Assembly: GCA_036339465.1 (NCBI GenBank)
Contig: JAYZAY010000059.1
Coordinates: forward strand, 30,611-94,610
DNA length: 64,000 bases
Reading direction: 5' to 3'
Origin: Myxococcota bacterium
Lineage (GTDB): Bacteria > Myxococcota > XYA12-FULL-58-9 > JABJBS01
How positions within the stretch are numbered: position 1 is the first letter of the stretch; every line of letters starts with the position of its first letter. Both the position numbers and the translations under genes were made by a program. Positions 22,127 through 32,204 of this stretch are shown here, one piece after another. The notes under the pieces are model-generated. The model did not search any database. It was not told the DNA's origin and saw only the letters and a list, made by a program, of their open reading frames with translations.

Positions 22127-22636
22127 ATGACGATGTCAGCAACAAAATCTACAGCTAAAAAGGCGCCCAAGAAGAAATCAGCGTCTGATACACAAAAAAC
22201 TAAGCAAACGCCTACCTTTAAGGCCATTGATTCTAGAGCTAAAGCTACAGAATCGGCCAAAGAGTGGTTGAACATCCTTCAAACGAAAATAAAAAGCTTT
22301 GCCGAAGCCGAAGAGGGATTGGTCGCGGCGGTTAAGGACATGGTCGAAGAAAAAGGTTTGAATGCTTCAGAGGTAAAGAACTCTCTGGATCAATTTATGG
22401 GTCGACTGAAAGCCAATGAGCTTTGGGAGCAAGTGCGAGGTAGCGGCACAGTTGTGACATTGAGCGACTACCGGAACGAGCTGGAGCAGCAAGTTGAGAA
22501 TATTGTAACGCGCGTTTTGTCTGCTTTCCAGATTGCCAAGTTGTCAGACGTAGAAAGTGTTTCTAAGCAATTTAAGTCCTTGAATCGCAAGGTCAATGAG
22601 ATGAACCAGCGACTCAAGACCCTTGAGACCGAATAA
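22127..22636 (+). CDS. Phasin-like (PHA granule-associated family) coiled-coil protein with Lys-rich N-terminal tail
   Basis: Lys/Ala/Thr-rich N-terminus (TAKKAPKKKSASDTQKTKQT) followed by amphipathic helices that resemble phasin family proteins (ELWEQVRGSGTVVTLSDYRNELEQQVENIVTRVL...VSKQFKSLNRKVNEMNQRLKTLE). Confidence 0.5.
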   Translation: MTMSATKSTAKKAPKKKSASDTQKTKQTPTFKAIDSRAKATESAKEWLNILQTKIKSFAEAEEGLVAAVKDMVEEKGLNASEVKNSLDQFMGRLKANELWEQVRGSGTVVTLSDYRNELEQQVENIVTRVLSAFQIAKLSDVESVSKQFKSLNRKVNEMNQRLKTLETE

Positions 22637-22829
22637 TTTGATTTTCCTCGGAAACATCGCTTTTCCCAGCAAGTTTCCTTGGTGATGCGCCGACATGGTA
22701 GTTTTCCCCCTTCCCCAAAGTTGCTTTATGTCGGCGCGTCTTTTCCTCTTGATATCCCTTTCTTGTTCGTGAAAATACAGTCGTATCTGCCCACCCCAAA
22801 AACCGATCGGGTAACGGAGAACTTATTTC

Positions 22830-23216
22830 ATGTTAGCGACCAAGACCACAGAGGGAATCGAAGTTCAGGGAGAGTCTTTTTTTGTTCCTGAGCGATCAGC
22901 ACCGCAGCGAAATGTCTATTTTTTCGCCTATAGGATCCGCATATTGAATCATAGTTTGAAAACGGTTCAGTTATTAACTCGACATTGGGTGATTACCGAC
23001 GGTGCTGGCGTGGTTCAAGAGGTTCGCGGTGCTGGCGTGATTGGAGCTCAGCCAACCCTAGGACCGGGGGACAGTTTTTCCTATACTTCCGCTTGTCCAT
23101 TGGGGACTCCAGTGGGAACCATGGAAGGCTCCTATCGGATGGAGATCGAGTCGGATTCCTTTCTGGATGTTGCGATTCCTGCGTTTACTTTGGCGGCACC
23201 AAATTCGTTGAATTAA
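22830..23216 (+). CDS. apaG: ApaG (DUF525) protein
   Basis: Very characteristic ApaG motifs: YFFAYRIRILN, QLLTRHWVITDGAGVVQEVRGAGVIGAQPTLGPGDSFSYTSACPLGTPVGTMEGSY. Confidence 0.88.
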   Translation: MLATKTTEGIEVQGESFFVPERSAPQRNVYFFAYRIRILNHSLKTVQLLTRHWVITDGAGVVQEVRGAGVIGAQPTLGPGDSFSYTSACPLGTPVGTMEGSYRMEIESDSFLDVAIPAFTLAAPNSLN

Positions 23217-23227
23217 CGGATTTTCTC

Positions 23228-24907
23228 TTATTCTCTGGTCTCGTTAAACAGCGCGCATGAGCCTAGGAGCAAGCCTTCGAATAGGGTGGCGATTTGTTTA
23301 TCTCTGATGCACTCGTTTTGGGTGTGTCCGGTGTATTGATCTTCGGGAAGGGAGGGCCCGAAGTTGATGGCACCCGGAAAGAGTTTTGCATAGGTTCCAC
23401 CCCTGACCGATTTTGCTTTATTGATTTGGTCGTTACTCACTTTTCGGTATGCCTTCAACAGAATTCTGGGGAGCGGAGAGTCTGGGGATGTAAAAGTGGC
23501 TTCTCCGACGTACGGCTCACGAACCATTTTGAGCTGCCAACCGAAATTATCTTGAAGGTTGTGTTTGACGGATACCAGCTTGTCTTTAAAATTTTCAGAG
23601 GATTCTCCTATGGGGCGGCGAATGTTAATGCCTACTAGAATCGTTTTTTCTTGATGCTTTAGAATTGTCGGCGCAATGACGAGTTTTCCCATGAGTGGGT
23701 GTGTCGTTGAGATACCAAGTTTTGCTCCGTAGTGGTCATTGGTCAAAAACTTATCGATGAATGTAAGGGCATCTAGGGTCGGGGATGGGTTGACGCCTAA
23801 AGACGTTACTAAGGAAGCTAGAAACCATATTGGGTTGCTACCTTCTTCTGGGGTTGAGGCATGGGCCGCCCGGCCCTTCACACGGACCATCAGCCATCGT
23901 TCCAAGGAATTTGATTCTAGAGAAACTTCGAACGCATCCGCAGGAAACGTTTTTGATATTTTTTCAATGTGATCTCGAACCATTTCATTGGCTTTTTCTA
24001 GTGATAGAGGGGCGTCAATGCCGATTCGGATGATTCCATCGGGTGGGATTTGATTCAAAGTTTGGCCAGCGCCAGCAAAGTCAAGATTGAATGGTGATGT
24101 CTTTGGAAGGGTTAAGCCGGTTTGTCCGAATTCGAGATACCAAGAGACATATCCAAATTCGCCATTAACGATTGGAAAGCTGGAATCGAGAGAGATCGGA
24201 AACGGGATCCTTGGAGTTTTTTCCGCGAAGGTCTCCATGCCCTTCCAATTGGTCTCTTCACCCGTACCGATGAGAAGTGAAATATTCTTTTTGTAATGGG
24301 CCGCTGTGGTTTTTAGTATTGGGAGTAAGGTCATGGCGACAGCGATTGGCCCTTTGTTATCCTCGCTCCCTCGGGCACACCAGCGGTCCGATTTTCGTAC
24401 CAATTGAAAGGGGGTGGTCATGCTATTGGTGGCGGGAACGACATCAGCGTGGGTTATATAAGCGATATCCCTGGGACCCGAGCTTGTGGATATTTCCCAA
24501 ACTTCATCATCTTGGTAGCTGGTGAATACTAGATTGAAGTGATTTGCCCAATCCATCAGGAATTGCTTCATTTTTAGAAATCCGCCATGTTCATTGGGGC
24601 TTTCATTTATTCGTACGGTACGGAATTGGACGAGTTGTTTGAGATAATGCAAGATTTGGGCTTTCCAGCAGGGGTGCTTGAGTGGGAAGGCATGTAAATC
24701 TGCGGAGGTAACAAGGGGGTGATGGGTATCGACGGAGGTACAGCTAGGGATGGACTGGGGGTTCCATTGGCTTTGAACATTCGCTGCTTGTGGGGAGGAT
24801 GGTGTTTGTGCGTAAAGAGGAGGGGGCTTAAGGCTGTTGTGGGCCAAGGGGACCAATAGCAAGGCCCCTATCCCAAAATTTCGCGCGAGGAGTTTGTTCA
24901 TTGGCAA
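23228..24907 (-). CDS. Secreted M20-family metallopeptidase (dipeptidase PepV/Sapep-like)
   Basis: Signal peptide. M20 motifs: ITHADVVPA, RGSEDNKGPIAVAMTLL, GTGEETNWKGM. 559 aa. Confidence 0.7.
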   Translation of the reverse strand: MPMNKLLARNFGIGALLLVPLAHNSLKPPPLYAQTPSSPQAANVQSQWNPQSIPSCTSVDTHHPLVTSADLHAFPLKHPCWKAQILHYLKQLVQFRTVRINESPNEHGGFLKMKQFLMDWANHFNLVFTSYQDDEVWEISTSSGPRDIAYITHADVVPATNSMTTPFQLVRKSDRWCARGSEDNKGPIAVAMTLLPILKTTAAHYKKNISLLIGTGEETNWKGMETFAEKTPRIPFPISLDSSFPIVNGEFGYVSWYLEFGQTGLTLPKTSPFNLDFAGAGQTLNQIPPDGIIRIGIDAPLSLEKANEMVRDHIEKISKTFPADAFEVSLESNSLERWLMVRVKGRAAHASTPEEGSNPIWFLASLVTSLGVNPSPTLDALTFIDKFLTNDHYGAKLGISTTHPLMGKLVIAPTILKHQEKTILVGINIRRPIGESSENFKDKLVSVKHNLQDNFGWQLKMVREPYVGEATFTSPDSPLPRILLKAYRKVSNDQINKAKSVRGGTYAKLFPGAINFGPSLPEDQYTGHTQNECIRDKQIATLFEGLLLGSCALFNETRE

Positions 24908-25063
24908 GCCATGCCCAGACTTTCTGTGAAAATCAATGATTTCGAAATACTGGTTACGGATGACATTGGCTGAGCTTTTCGTTATGAGTCTTAATTTTCA
25001 GAGGGGTGCCATGTTGGTTCTGGTTGCTATGTATTTCACTGAGACCCATAGGCGAGCAATCGG

Positions 25064-26842
25064 GTGATAAATAGAGATTCAGACTTGCCGGTGAATTCAA
25101 TGCACGGGCTTTTGCATATTGTCTATATCGGTTTGCTGGGACTTGGGGGCTGGTTTCTGCTTTTTATGATTCGAGACTTGCTACCGGGGCGATTTGAGCC
25201 ATGGCAGCAGGGTGGTGAGTTTGTTAGTGTATTGGGCTTGGTTACATGTGCTCGCTTGTTGGCCTTCCGGTATATGGGCTCGGCGCGCATAGCGTTGGAT
25301 TCGGTCTTTTATATCGCAATGGTTTTCATTTGGGGGACGTTGGTGGCCGCTTCTCTTGCCGCTTTAACGCTCACTATTGACGCGATTCTTAGGAACCCTG
25401 TGGAGCGCAGAAGTCGTGCGGTGACATATTATCCGCGCCTTCAGCGAGTCGCGGGGATTTTGTATAAGGGTGGCTTACCGGTTTTGGTGCTTATTTTCAT
25501 GGGGGCCTTATTCAGTGATGGGTGGATGCTGGGCTCCGACAACGTTTCACTTATCTGGATGCTCTTTATTTTCGCGAGCGGTTTTGTTTTTGTTCATTAT
25601 GTTTTGGTTGGATGGGGGCACTGGTTGGAAGGCGTAGAAACCGAAGCACTTGGTGATTCGATACCAAAGCTCATTGGGCAAGAAGTTTTTTTGATGCCTT
25701 TAGCTTTGGCCATGGTGTTGGCCTACCGGTACCAAGGACTTGGCTTTTTTCTCTTGTTGGGGGGCGTCGCTTTGATGATCAATGGGGTGATTCGTCGCCT
25801 GGTTATCGTGAGCGAAAAATCAATTCGAAGGGCTTCTGATTTACAAGCGCTCTATGAGGTTGGGCGATCGATGTCTTCGAGTCTTGAGGAAGATAAAATC
25901 GTTCGAAATTTGGCTGCTTCGGTACAAAAGTTGGTGGGTTCTAAATCATACTTTATGCTGGGGCGACTCTCTCAGGGGCGAGATACGGTTCATTGCGTGG
26001 TTTTTGATGGCCGTGGTGATGTGGAAGGAGAGCACTGTTTGCCTGTGGGCCTCAACTTGCCGACGAGAGTGCTCGAGTCTGGTTCACCGATCTTGATCGA
26101 CGATCTCAGATACGAATATGTGCGTTTTGTGGGAGGTGGTTCCTATGGAGACGGACGGTTTTTGTCGTGGCTGGGGGTTCCCATGAAGCTTTACGATGAA
26201 GCCATTGGGCTGATGGCTGTGAAGGGTAAGGTGATGGGGGCTTTTACGAAGGCTGATACAACGGTGTTGTCGGCGATTGCGGATCAGGCAGCCGTGGCAC
26301 TCGAAAATGCCCGACTATATGAAATGGCAACCGTAGACGGGCTCACAAAATTGTTTGTAAGGCGTTATTTTGACCAAAGGCTTCTAGAGGAGTGGCAAAG
26401 ATCACTTCGGTATGAGGCTTGTTTTTCAGTGCTACTATTTGATCTAGATAATTTTAAGAGAATGAACGATCAATATGGCCACCAAGTTGGCGATCAGGTT
26501 TTACGGATGGCGGCTGGGGTAGTTCGGCAAAATATGAGGAGGATGGATACGGCGGCTCGGTATGGGGGGGAAGAATTTGCTTGTATTTTGCCGGGAACTC
26601 AGGCTGGAGACGCCTTTCAGGTTGGAGAACGTATTTGTGCCGAACTTGCTGCAACTGAGATTACCACAAGCGTAGGTACCTTGAACGTTACGGCTTCGAT
26701 TGGTATCGCGTCTTCGGATTTAGAGGAAATGAGTGAGCCGGATAAGCTGCTGACACTTGCAGATGTGGCTTTATACGAGGCAAAAAACCGTGGAAAGAAC
26801 CAAGCTAGGTTGTATTCTAAGAAACTTAACAAGTTTGCTTAA
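25064..26842 (+). CDS. Membrane-anchored GAF-GGDEF diguanylate cyclase
   Basis: ~7 N-terminal TM helices, a central GAF-like region, and a C-terminal GGDEF domain with intact motifs (DGLTKLFVRRYF, RYGGEEFACILPG, ALYEAKNRGKN). Confidence 0.88.
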   Translation: MINRDSDLPVNSMHGLLHIVYIGLLGLGGWFLLFMIRDLLPGRFEPWQQGGEFVSVLGLVTCARLLAFRYMGSARIALDSVFYIAMVFIWGTLVAASLAALTLTIDAILRNPVERRSRAVTYYPRLQRVAGILYKGGLPVLVLIFMGALFSDGWMLGSDNVSLIWMLFIFASGFVFVHYVLVGWGHWLEGVETEALGDSIPKLIGQEVFLMPLALAMVLAYRYQGLGFFLLLGGVALMINGVIRRLVIVSEKSIRRASDLQALYEVGRSMSSSLEEDKIVRNLAASVQKLVGSKSYFMLGRLSQGRDTVHCVVFDGRGDVEGEHCLPVGLNLPTRVLESGSPILIDDLRYEYVRFVGGGSYGDGRFLSWLGVPMKLYDEAIGLMAVKGKVMGAFTKADTTVLSAIADQAAVALENARLYEMATVDGLTKLFVRRYFDQRLLEEWQRSLRYEACFSVLLFDLDNFKRMNDQYGHQVGDQVLRMAAGVVRQNMRRMDTAARYGGEEFACILPGTQAGDAFQVGERICAELAATEITTSVGTLNVTASIGIASSDLEEMSEPDKLLTLADVALYEAKNRGKNQARLYSKKLNKFA

Positions 26843-26887
26843 TCCCTTATTTTGATGTTGATGGATATTCGGAAAGTTAGGTGAAAA

Positions 26888-29650
26888 ATGGTAAAGAAAT
26901 CTGAGGCAACGCCAGAAATTTTGGAGGTGGTTGATACAAAGGCCAATGCATTGGTGAGGTTGGCTGATCAGCCTCCAGTGGTGATTCCTGCCATTGTCCA
27001 GACCGAATTGGTCCCTTTTCCCGGTCCGATGGTACCGATTCTCCTGGACACGAAAATGCGTCAGCAAGCAGTTCTTCATGCCAAAAGTAATGCGGGCTTT
27101 TTCTTGTTGATCAATCGAATTCGAAAAGGTGATGAGTCGGAACACCCTCGGGAATTACTCGATATTGAAGGAATCGGGCACGGTTCAGAATTGGCGCGTG
27201 TAGCGGCAGATTTTGTGGCAGAGGAGGCAGTGCATCCTTCTGATGCGATGGAATTAAAGATTGTTGGTGGTGGGGAGGAAGACGACGATGCTTTCGAAGA
27301 AGTTGGGGACGAAGAAAAAGAACTAGAAGATGATGATGAATATCCGATCGAAGAACTTTCAGAGTTGAGTCGAGTGGGAATTCTAGCCAGAGTCCTGAAG
27401 GTTTTCAGGCTCCCCGATGGTCGTATGTCGGCGCTTGTGCACCTTCTACGGCGTGCACAGCCACTTGAGTTGGTCAGAATCCAACCGTTTCCAGTTTTTC
27501 GTGTGACTTACCCGACAGAGATAGTCTCCGATGAGGCGTCTTATGAAGCGACCTATCGGCAGGTTAAATTGACACTGCAATCTTTCTTTGATGCACATAG
27601 TGGAATTCCTGAGGAAGTAAAAATTACGGCTTTGTCTATCGAGTCTCCAGGCATTCTCGCTGATTTTGTAGCCCAGCATTTGTCTCGAGATTTTAGGGAA
27701 CGGCGAGGATTTTTGGAGGAGCTGGATTTAGCCAATCGTATGCGATTGGCGCTGGAAGTATCAATTCGTGAATTAGATATGCTGACGGTTGGCAATCGAA
27801 TTAGCCAGGAGATTCGTGAGAAGGTCGAAAAGCATCAGCGAGAATTTTTGCTCCGAGAACAGCTTAAAGCGATACGAGTCGAGTTGGGAGAAGAAAAGGA
27901 CCCCACTGCTTTAGCAGTAGAAGAACTTAGAGAAAAACTTGAAGCTGCTGGCTTACCCGAACATGCAAGTCATCGAGCAGCAGAAGAGATGAAGCGACTC
28001 CAGCTGATTCCTGCTGAGTCTCCCGAGCATAATCTTATTCGCTCTTATTTAGAATGGATTGCGAGTTTACCCTGGTCAAAGGTCAGTGAGGAGTTGATCG
28101 ATATCTCTAGAGCAAGAGAGGTCTTGGATGAAGACCATTATGGTTTGAAAGACATTAAAGAGAGAATTCTTGAATACTTGGCCGTACGAAAATTGAACCC
28201 ACAAAATAGGGGGACGTTACTGTGTTTTGCCGGACCGCCTGGGGTGGGCAAAACTTCTTTGGGACAATCCATTGCCCGAGCGCTTGGAAGAGAGTTCTAT
28301 CGCTTTTCCGTGGGGGGCATGAGGGATGAAGCTGAGATCAAGGGGCATCGGCGGACCTATATTGGAGCAATGCCTGGTCGTTTGATACAGGCTCTTAAAC
28401 ATGTGGGAACGTCTAATCCGGTGGTGATGCTAGATGAGTTAGATAAAATGGGGAGCGATTGGAGGGGGGATCCATCCAGTGCAATGTTGGAAGTGCTAGA
28501 CCCTTCGCAAAATGAGAATTTCCTTGATCATTATATCGATCTTACCTTTGATCTAAGTCAGGTCATGTTTATTGCGACTGCCAACGTGAAGTCCCAAATA
28601 CCAGGTCCACTTTTAGACCGTCTGGAAGTTATCGATTTGCCTGGATATATTCCAGAAGAGAAGGTCGAGATTGCCCACCGATATTTACTCAAGCGGCAGC
28701 GCAAAGAACACGGCCTCACGAATCGACAAGTTTCGGTTGGAAAGCGTAGTATGAGGCAGTTGATTGAGCAATATACCCATGAGGCAGGGGTTCGTGAGCT
28801 CGATCGTCAAATTGGAAAGCTTTGCCGAAAACGAGCGGTTGAGGTTGTTGGTGGGACCGAGTTTAAGGCTGGTATTGTACCAGATAGCCTTTCTCAATAT
28901 CTGGGCCGGCCCAGAGCTTACGATGATCGCTTAAAGCGCAAGGGGAGTCCCGGATTGGTGACGGGACTGGCCTGGACTCCAGCTGGTGGTGCGGTTCTTT
29001 TCATTGAGGCGGCGCGCATGCCGGGTAAAGGAGTCCTAAAAACGACAGGTAAGCTTGGGGAAGTGATGACCGAATCGACTAAGATTGCCTTGTCTTATGT
29101 TAAGAACCAAGCTGAGGAATTGGGCTTGCCATTGGAGTTTTTCCAGAAAAGCGATATTCATGTTCACTTTCCTGCCGGAGCGGTTCCCAAGGATGGGCCA
29201 TCAGCGGGTATCACAATTACGACAGCGTTGCTTTCATTGCTTACCGAAACACCAGTGGCGCCGCGGCTTGCGATGACTGGGGAAATCTCGCTGGGAGGTG
29301 AGGTTCTGCCTGTGGGGGGGATCCGAGAGAAAGTTGTGGCAGCACGTGCGGAAGGTATCAATACGGTGATTCTGCCTTTGGCAAACGAAGTCGATGTTGA
29401 GGAAATTCCCATTGAAGTTTCTCGAAAGCTCACGTTTGTTTTTGTTTCTAACTATCAAGATGTCATGGAAGTTGCTTTTCCACAGGGATTACACTTACCT
29501 GTCCGGGCGTCAGAGGGTAGTTGTGAAACCAAAACAGCACAGAAGAAACCAAGCACTAGACGAGTCTCGAAAAAAGTACCCACGAAAAAGAAAGTACAGA
29601 CTAAACGCAAAGCTGGTTCTCGGCGGCGTGCAGCATCTTCCAAAACTTAA
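26888..29650 (+). CDS. lon: ATP-dependent Lon protease (LonA) with acidic insert in N-domain and Lys/Arg-rich C-terminal tail
   Basis: LON N-domain, Walker A GPPGVGKTS, sensor/arginine finger, proteolytic Ser in PKDGPSAGIT. C-terminal KKPSTRRVSKKVPTKKKVQTKRKAGSRRRAASSKT. Confidence 0.95.
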   Translation: MVKKSEATPEILEVVDTKANALVRLADQPPVVIPAIVQTELVPFPGPMVPILLDTKMRQQAVLHAKSNAGFFLLINRIRKGDESEHPRELLDIEGIGHGSELARVAADFVAEEAVHPSDAMELKIVGGGEEDDDAFEEVGDEEKELEDDDEYPIEELSELSRVGILARVLKVFRLPDGRMSALVHLLRRAQPLELVRIQPFPVFRVTYPTEIVSDEASYEATYRQVKLTLQSFFDAHSGIPEEVKITALSIESPGILADFVAQHLSRDFRERRGFLEELDLANRMRLALEVSIRELDMLTVGNRISQEIREKVEKHQREFLLREQLKAIRVELGEEKDPTALAVEELREKLEAAGLPEHASHRAAEEMKRLQLIPAESPEHNLIRSYLEWIASLPWSKVSEELIDISRAREVLDEDHYGLKDIKERILEYLAVRKLNPQNRGTLLCFAGPPGVGKTSLGQSIARALGREFYRFSVGGMRDEAEIKGHRRTYIGAMPGRLIQALKHVGTSNPVVMLDELDKMGSDWRGDPSSAMLEVLDPSQNENFLDHYIDLTFDLSQVMFIATANVKSQIPGPLLDRLEVIDLPGYIPEEKVEIAHRYLLKRQRKEHGLTNRQVSVGKRSMRQLIEQYTHEAGVRELDRQIGKLCRKRAVEVVGGTEFKAGIVPDSLSQYLGRPRAYDDRLKRKGSPGLVTGLAWTPAGGAVLFIEAARMPGKGVLKTTGKLGEVMTESTKIALSYVKNQAEELGLPLEFFQKSDIHVHFPAGAVPKDGPSAGITITTALLSLLTETPVAPRLAMTGEISLGGEVLPVGGIREKVVAARAEGINTVILPLANEVDVEEIPIEVSRKLTFVFVSNYQDVMEVAFPQGLHLPVRASEGSCETKTAQKKPSTRRVSKKVPTKKKVQTKRKAGSRRRAASSKT

Positions 29651-30316
29651 GTGATGTTAAGATATTGCTCTTCGGTCAATGCAGGTACGTTTGTAATTTT
29701 CTGCCTCATATTATTTTTTCCGGGTGCCGTGTTGGCTAAGGCCGTGGAGCAGCTAAAGATTGCGCCGTCATTTACATTGAAACTCATCTCACCGGATTCT
29801 CGTTCTACCTTGGTCTCTTTGGAGAAAGATATTTCATTGGGGACTGAACCTAGTCTTGGTTACGAAGGTGATACAATTCTCATCTTATTGGGAAAAATGG
29901 ATGTTACTTGGGATAGGGAGTTTGCGTTTTGGAGCGCCCTAAAACGGTCTTTTGCGGGAGCTTCTATTCGAATTATTTGTGTTTTGTTGGGGCCAAACCC
30001 ACAGGGTTTGAGATGGCTTCAACAACATCGGAAAACCTTAGAAGATTACCCGCTTCAATTGCTGTATGACCGTTATGGACTGGTTCGTTCTCGATACCAT
30101 CTGGATGGCCGAAACTTTGCGCTTTTTATTGTAAACAATGCCAGGAGAATTCTCTGGTCTAAGTTTGAATTTTCTGATCAGACCCGAATGGAATTTATCG
30201 AGCATTTGGGTTATCGATTGGGGCGTCCCATTGTAGGAAGAACTCCCGCTCCTTTGGTTGCTTGGTTCAAGAATGAAATGGAGGACCAAGGCATCAAGGT
30301 TCTTCCATCACAGTGA
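29651..30316 (+). CDS. Secreted thioredoxin-fold (TlpA/redoxin-like) protein lacking the CxxC active site
   Basis: Signal peptide (FVIFCLILFFPGAVLA). Redoxin-like order of elements (APSFTL...VSL...ILILLGKMDVTWDREF...IRIICVLLG...LLYDRYGLVRSRYHLDGRNFALFIVNN), but the WCxxC position reads TWDRE. The start directly abuts the lon stop. Confidence 0.45.
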   Translation: MMLRYCSSVNAGTFVIFCLILFFPGAVLAKAVEQLKIAPSFTLKLISPDSRSTLVSLEKDISLGTEPSLGYEGDTILILLGKMDVTWDREFAFWSALKRSFAGASIRIICVLLGPNPQGLRWLQQHRKTLEDYPLQLLYDRYGLVRSRYHLDGRNFALFIVNNARRILWSKFEFSDQTRMEFIEHLGYRLGRPIVGRTPAPLVAWFKNEMEDQGIKVLPSQ

Positions 30317-31754
30317 TCCTTCTTTTTTTGAAATCAATTGTTACTTTGTGAGGGTTGGCTGTTAATATCTCAACCTCGCTGGATAGGGTGCGCAATTTCG
30401 GATGCGATGCCTCGATATGGTGTTTTCCTTTTTCTAGATGAAGGGGAAGGAATGTTGGAGCTGTTCCTATGGCTCTTCCGTCGACGAACACATTGGTATG
30501 AGCTGGAGCATTTAAAGTTGTGGCGGTTTTCGTGGGGACCAGGGTGGGTATGGCAAGGCTCGAAGACGGGGATTGGTTGAGCCATATTCCCGACGCCAAA
30601 GCCACGAGTGCAATGAAAGCAATTAGAAATAGGCTTTTAAACGCAAAATTTCTTTCCAATGGGGCTTCGATATCATGGATGTTTTCCAACCGAGTTTGGA
30701 AGCCTTGGCTAAATGCCACCGCATCGGGGTCATCGGGAGCCAGTGCTCTTAATTGATTTCTGATTGCATCCACCCCAATGAGTTCTCCTTGAGCCAATTT
30801 ATTGCGAAGTAGGATTTTTGTGGATGCGATTCTTTTGTAACGGTCGTTGTCTTTAAAGCGGTGGGGATTTTCAACAAATTGTTCCAGGAGTGGTCCCCAA
30901 TCTGGGTAGTCTAATTTGGAAAGCTGTATTCGGAGTGTCTCGTGAATTGTGCTCATTGAGGATGGTCGCATACTTTCGTTGTATGAGAGACAATCCTGAA
31001 TCAATTTCGAAAATTCATGGGAGAATTCGGGACGGTATTCAGTGATTGGTACGGGACGGGTTTCCCTCATTGCTTGCATAAGGGCGTAGGGACTGGTGCC
31101 GGGGTATGCCAGTTTACCGGTTGAGATGAAATAGAGGAGGGCCCCCAGCGCAAAGATGTCTGTTTGTGCAGAGAGTTGAGCCTGGCGGAGTTGCTCTGGG
31201 GCCATGAAGCCGGGTGTACCTACTATTTCTGTGGGGGTAGCCGCGTCTTGTCCCATGAAGCCGTTGGCCTTGAAGCCTTTGGCAATTCCAAAATCGGCGA
31301 GAACGACGCGTTGACCGCTGATAAAAACATTTTCGGGCTTTAGATCTCGATGGACGATCCCAGCCACGTGTGCATGGGTGAGGGCTGAACTCAAACTTAA
31401 TCCGATGATGGCAATGGTTGTTTCCGGAAAAATTGGGATATCCCGGTGCAGGTCCCCAATATTTTTCCCTTCTAAGTATTCCATGACCAAGTAGTGGTGG
31501 TTTTCATTGGTGGTTCCGTGGTCAATACATTGAACGATATTGGGGTGTTCGAGGAGGGAAATGGCTTGGATTTCTCGTTGAAACCTGAAGTTGGCCCGTG
31601 TATCTTGCAGATGGCTTGGTTGAAAAACTTTGATGGCCACTTTGCGCTGAAGCTTTTCGTGGCGCCCCAGATAGACAAGCCCCGAGGAACCTCTGCCTAG
31701 ACCGGATTCAACGATGTATTCTCCAAATTTCTTGATGGTAGGTAGTTTCGACAC
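30294..31754 (-). CDS. Hanks-type Ser/Thr protein kinase with single TM helix and ~100-aa extracytoplasmic C-terminal domain
   Basis: GLGRGSSGLVYLG glycine loop, VAIK, HRDLKPENVF, DFGIAK, GTPGFMAPE. A hydrophobic segment (LFLIAFIALVALASGIWL) follows the juxtamembrane region. Confidence 0.9.
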   Translation of the reverse strand: MSKLPTIKKFGEYIVESGLGRGSSGLVYLGRHEKLQRKVAIKVFQPSHLQDTRANFRFQREIQAISLLEHPNIVQCIDHGTTNENHHYLVMEYLEGKNIGDLHRDIPIFPETTIAIIGLSLSSALTHAHVAGIVHRDLKPENVFISGQRVVLADFGIAKGFKANGFMGQDAATPTEIVGTPGFMAPEQLRQAQLSAQTDIFALGALLYFISTGKLAYPGTSPYALMQAMRETRPVPITEYRPEFSHEFSKLIQDCLSYNESMRPSSMSTIHETLRIQLSKLDYPDWGPLLEQFVENPHRFKDNDRYKRIASTKILLRNKLAQGELIGVDAIRNQLRALAPDDPDAVAFSQGFQTRLENIHDIEAPLERNFAFKSLFLIAFIALVALASGIWLNQSPSSSLAIPTLVPTKTATTLNAPAHTNVFVDGRAIGTAPTFLPLHLEKGKHHIEASHPKLRTLSSEVEILTANPHKVTIDFKKRRITVMEEP

Positions 31755-31768
31755 TGAGCTACTTTGAG

Positions 31769-32110
31769 TTATTTCGTTGTTTGAGGCAATGACGCTGATT
31801 TTAGGTCGAGGACGATTTCGCCCCGGTTTACGAGCTGAAGATGGTCTCGGATAATCCGTTTCTGGACATTGGGTCTCGATTTAAAGGCCTTAATATCTTT
31901 TTCTAGCGCGTCTACTTCGAGTACCAAGTTTGATAAATATTCTTCCTTTTCGTGAACAACTTTCCTGAGGGTTCTGTGTTTTTCTAGGCCATCTGGTCGC
32001 ACAAGGGAGTTGCCGATCCAATAAGAGCCCAATGCGATGCACGCCATGATGTAGATGGAGCGAAGAAAAGACATGATTGGTAGGATAGAATTTTCAATTT
32101 GCAAGAGCAA
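31769..32110 (-). CDS. FtsB/DivIC-like septum formation initiator family protein (TM + coiled coil); the true start is probably an internal Met (e.g. 32074)
   Basis: N-terminal TM helix, a coiled coil, then the conserved C-terminal motif (KRIIRDHLQLVNRGEIVLDL, compare FtsB ...ARNELSMTRPGETFYRL). ~100 aa. Confidence 0.5.
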   Translation of the reverse strand: MLLQIENSILPIMSFLRSIYIMACIALGSYWIGNSLVRPDGLEKHRTLRKVVHEKEEYLSNLVLEVDALEKDIKAFKSRPNVQKRIIRDHLQLVNRGEIVLDLKSASLPQTTK

Positions 32111-32204
32111 GAAAGTGTCGCCTTGCTTGTATGATTTCCTGAGAATTAATTGAAGTAAGAGAGCGAGCTAAATGGTGGGCCGATCGGACTTGGCTTAGAA
32201 TTGT

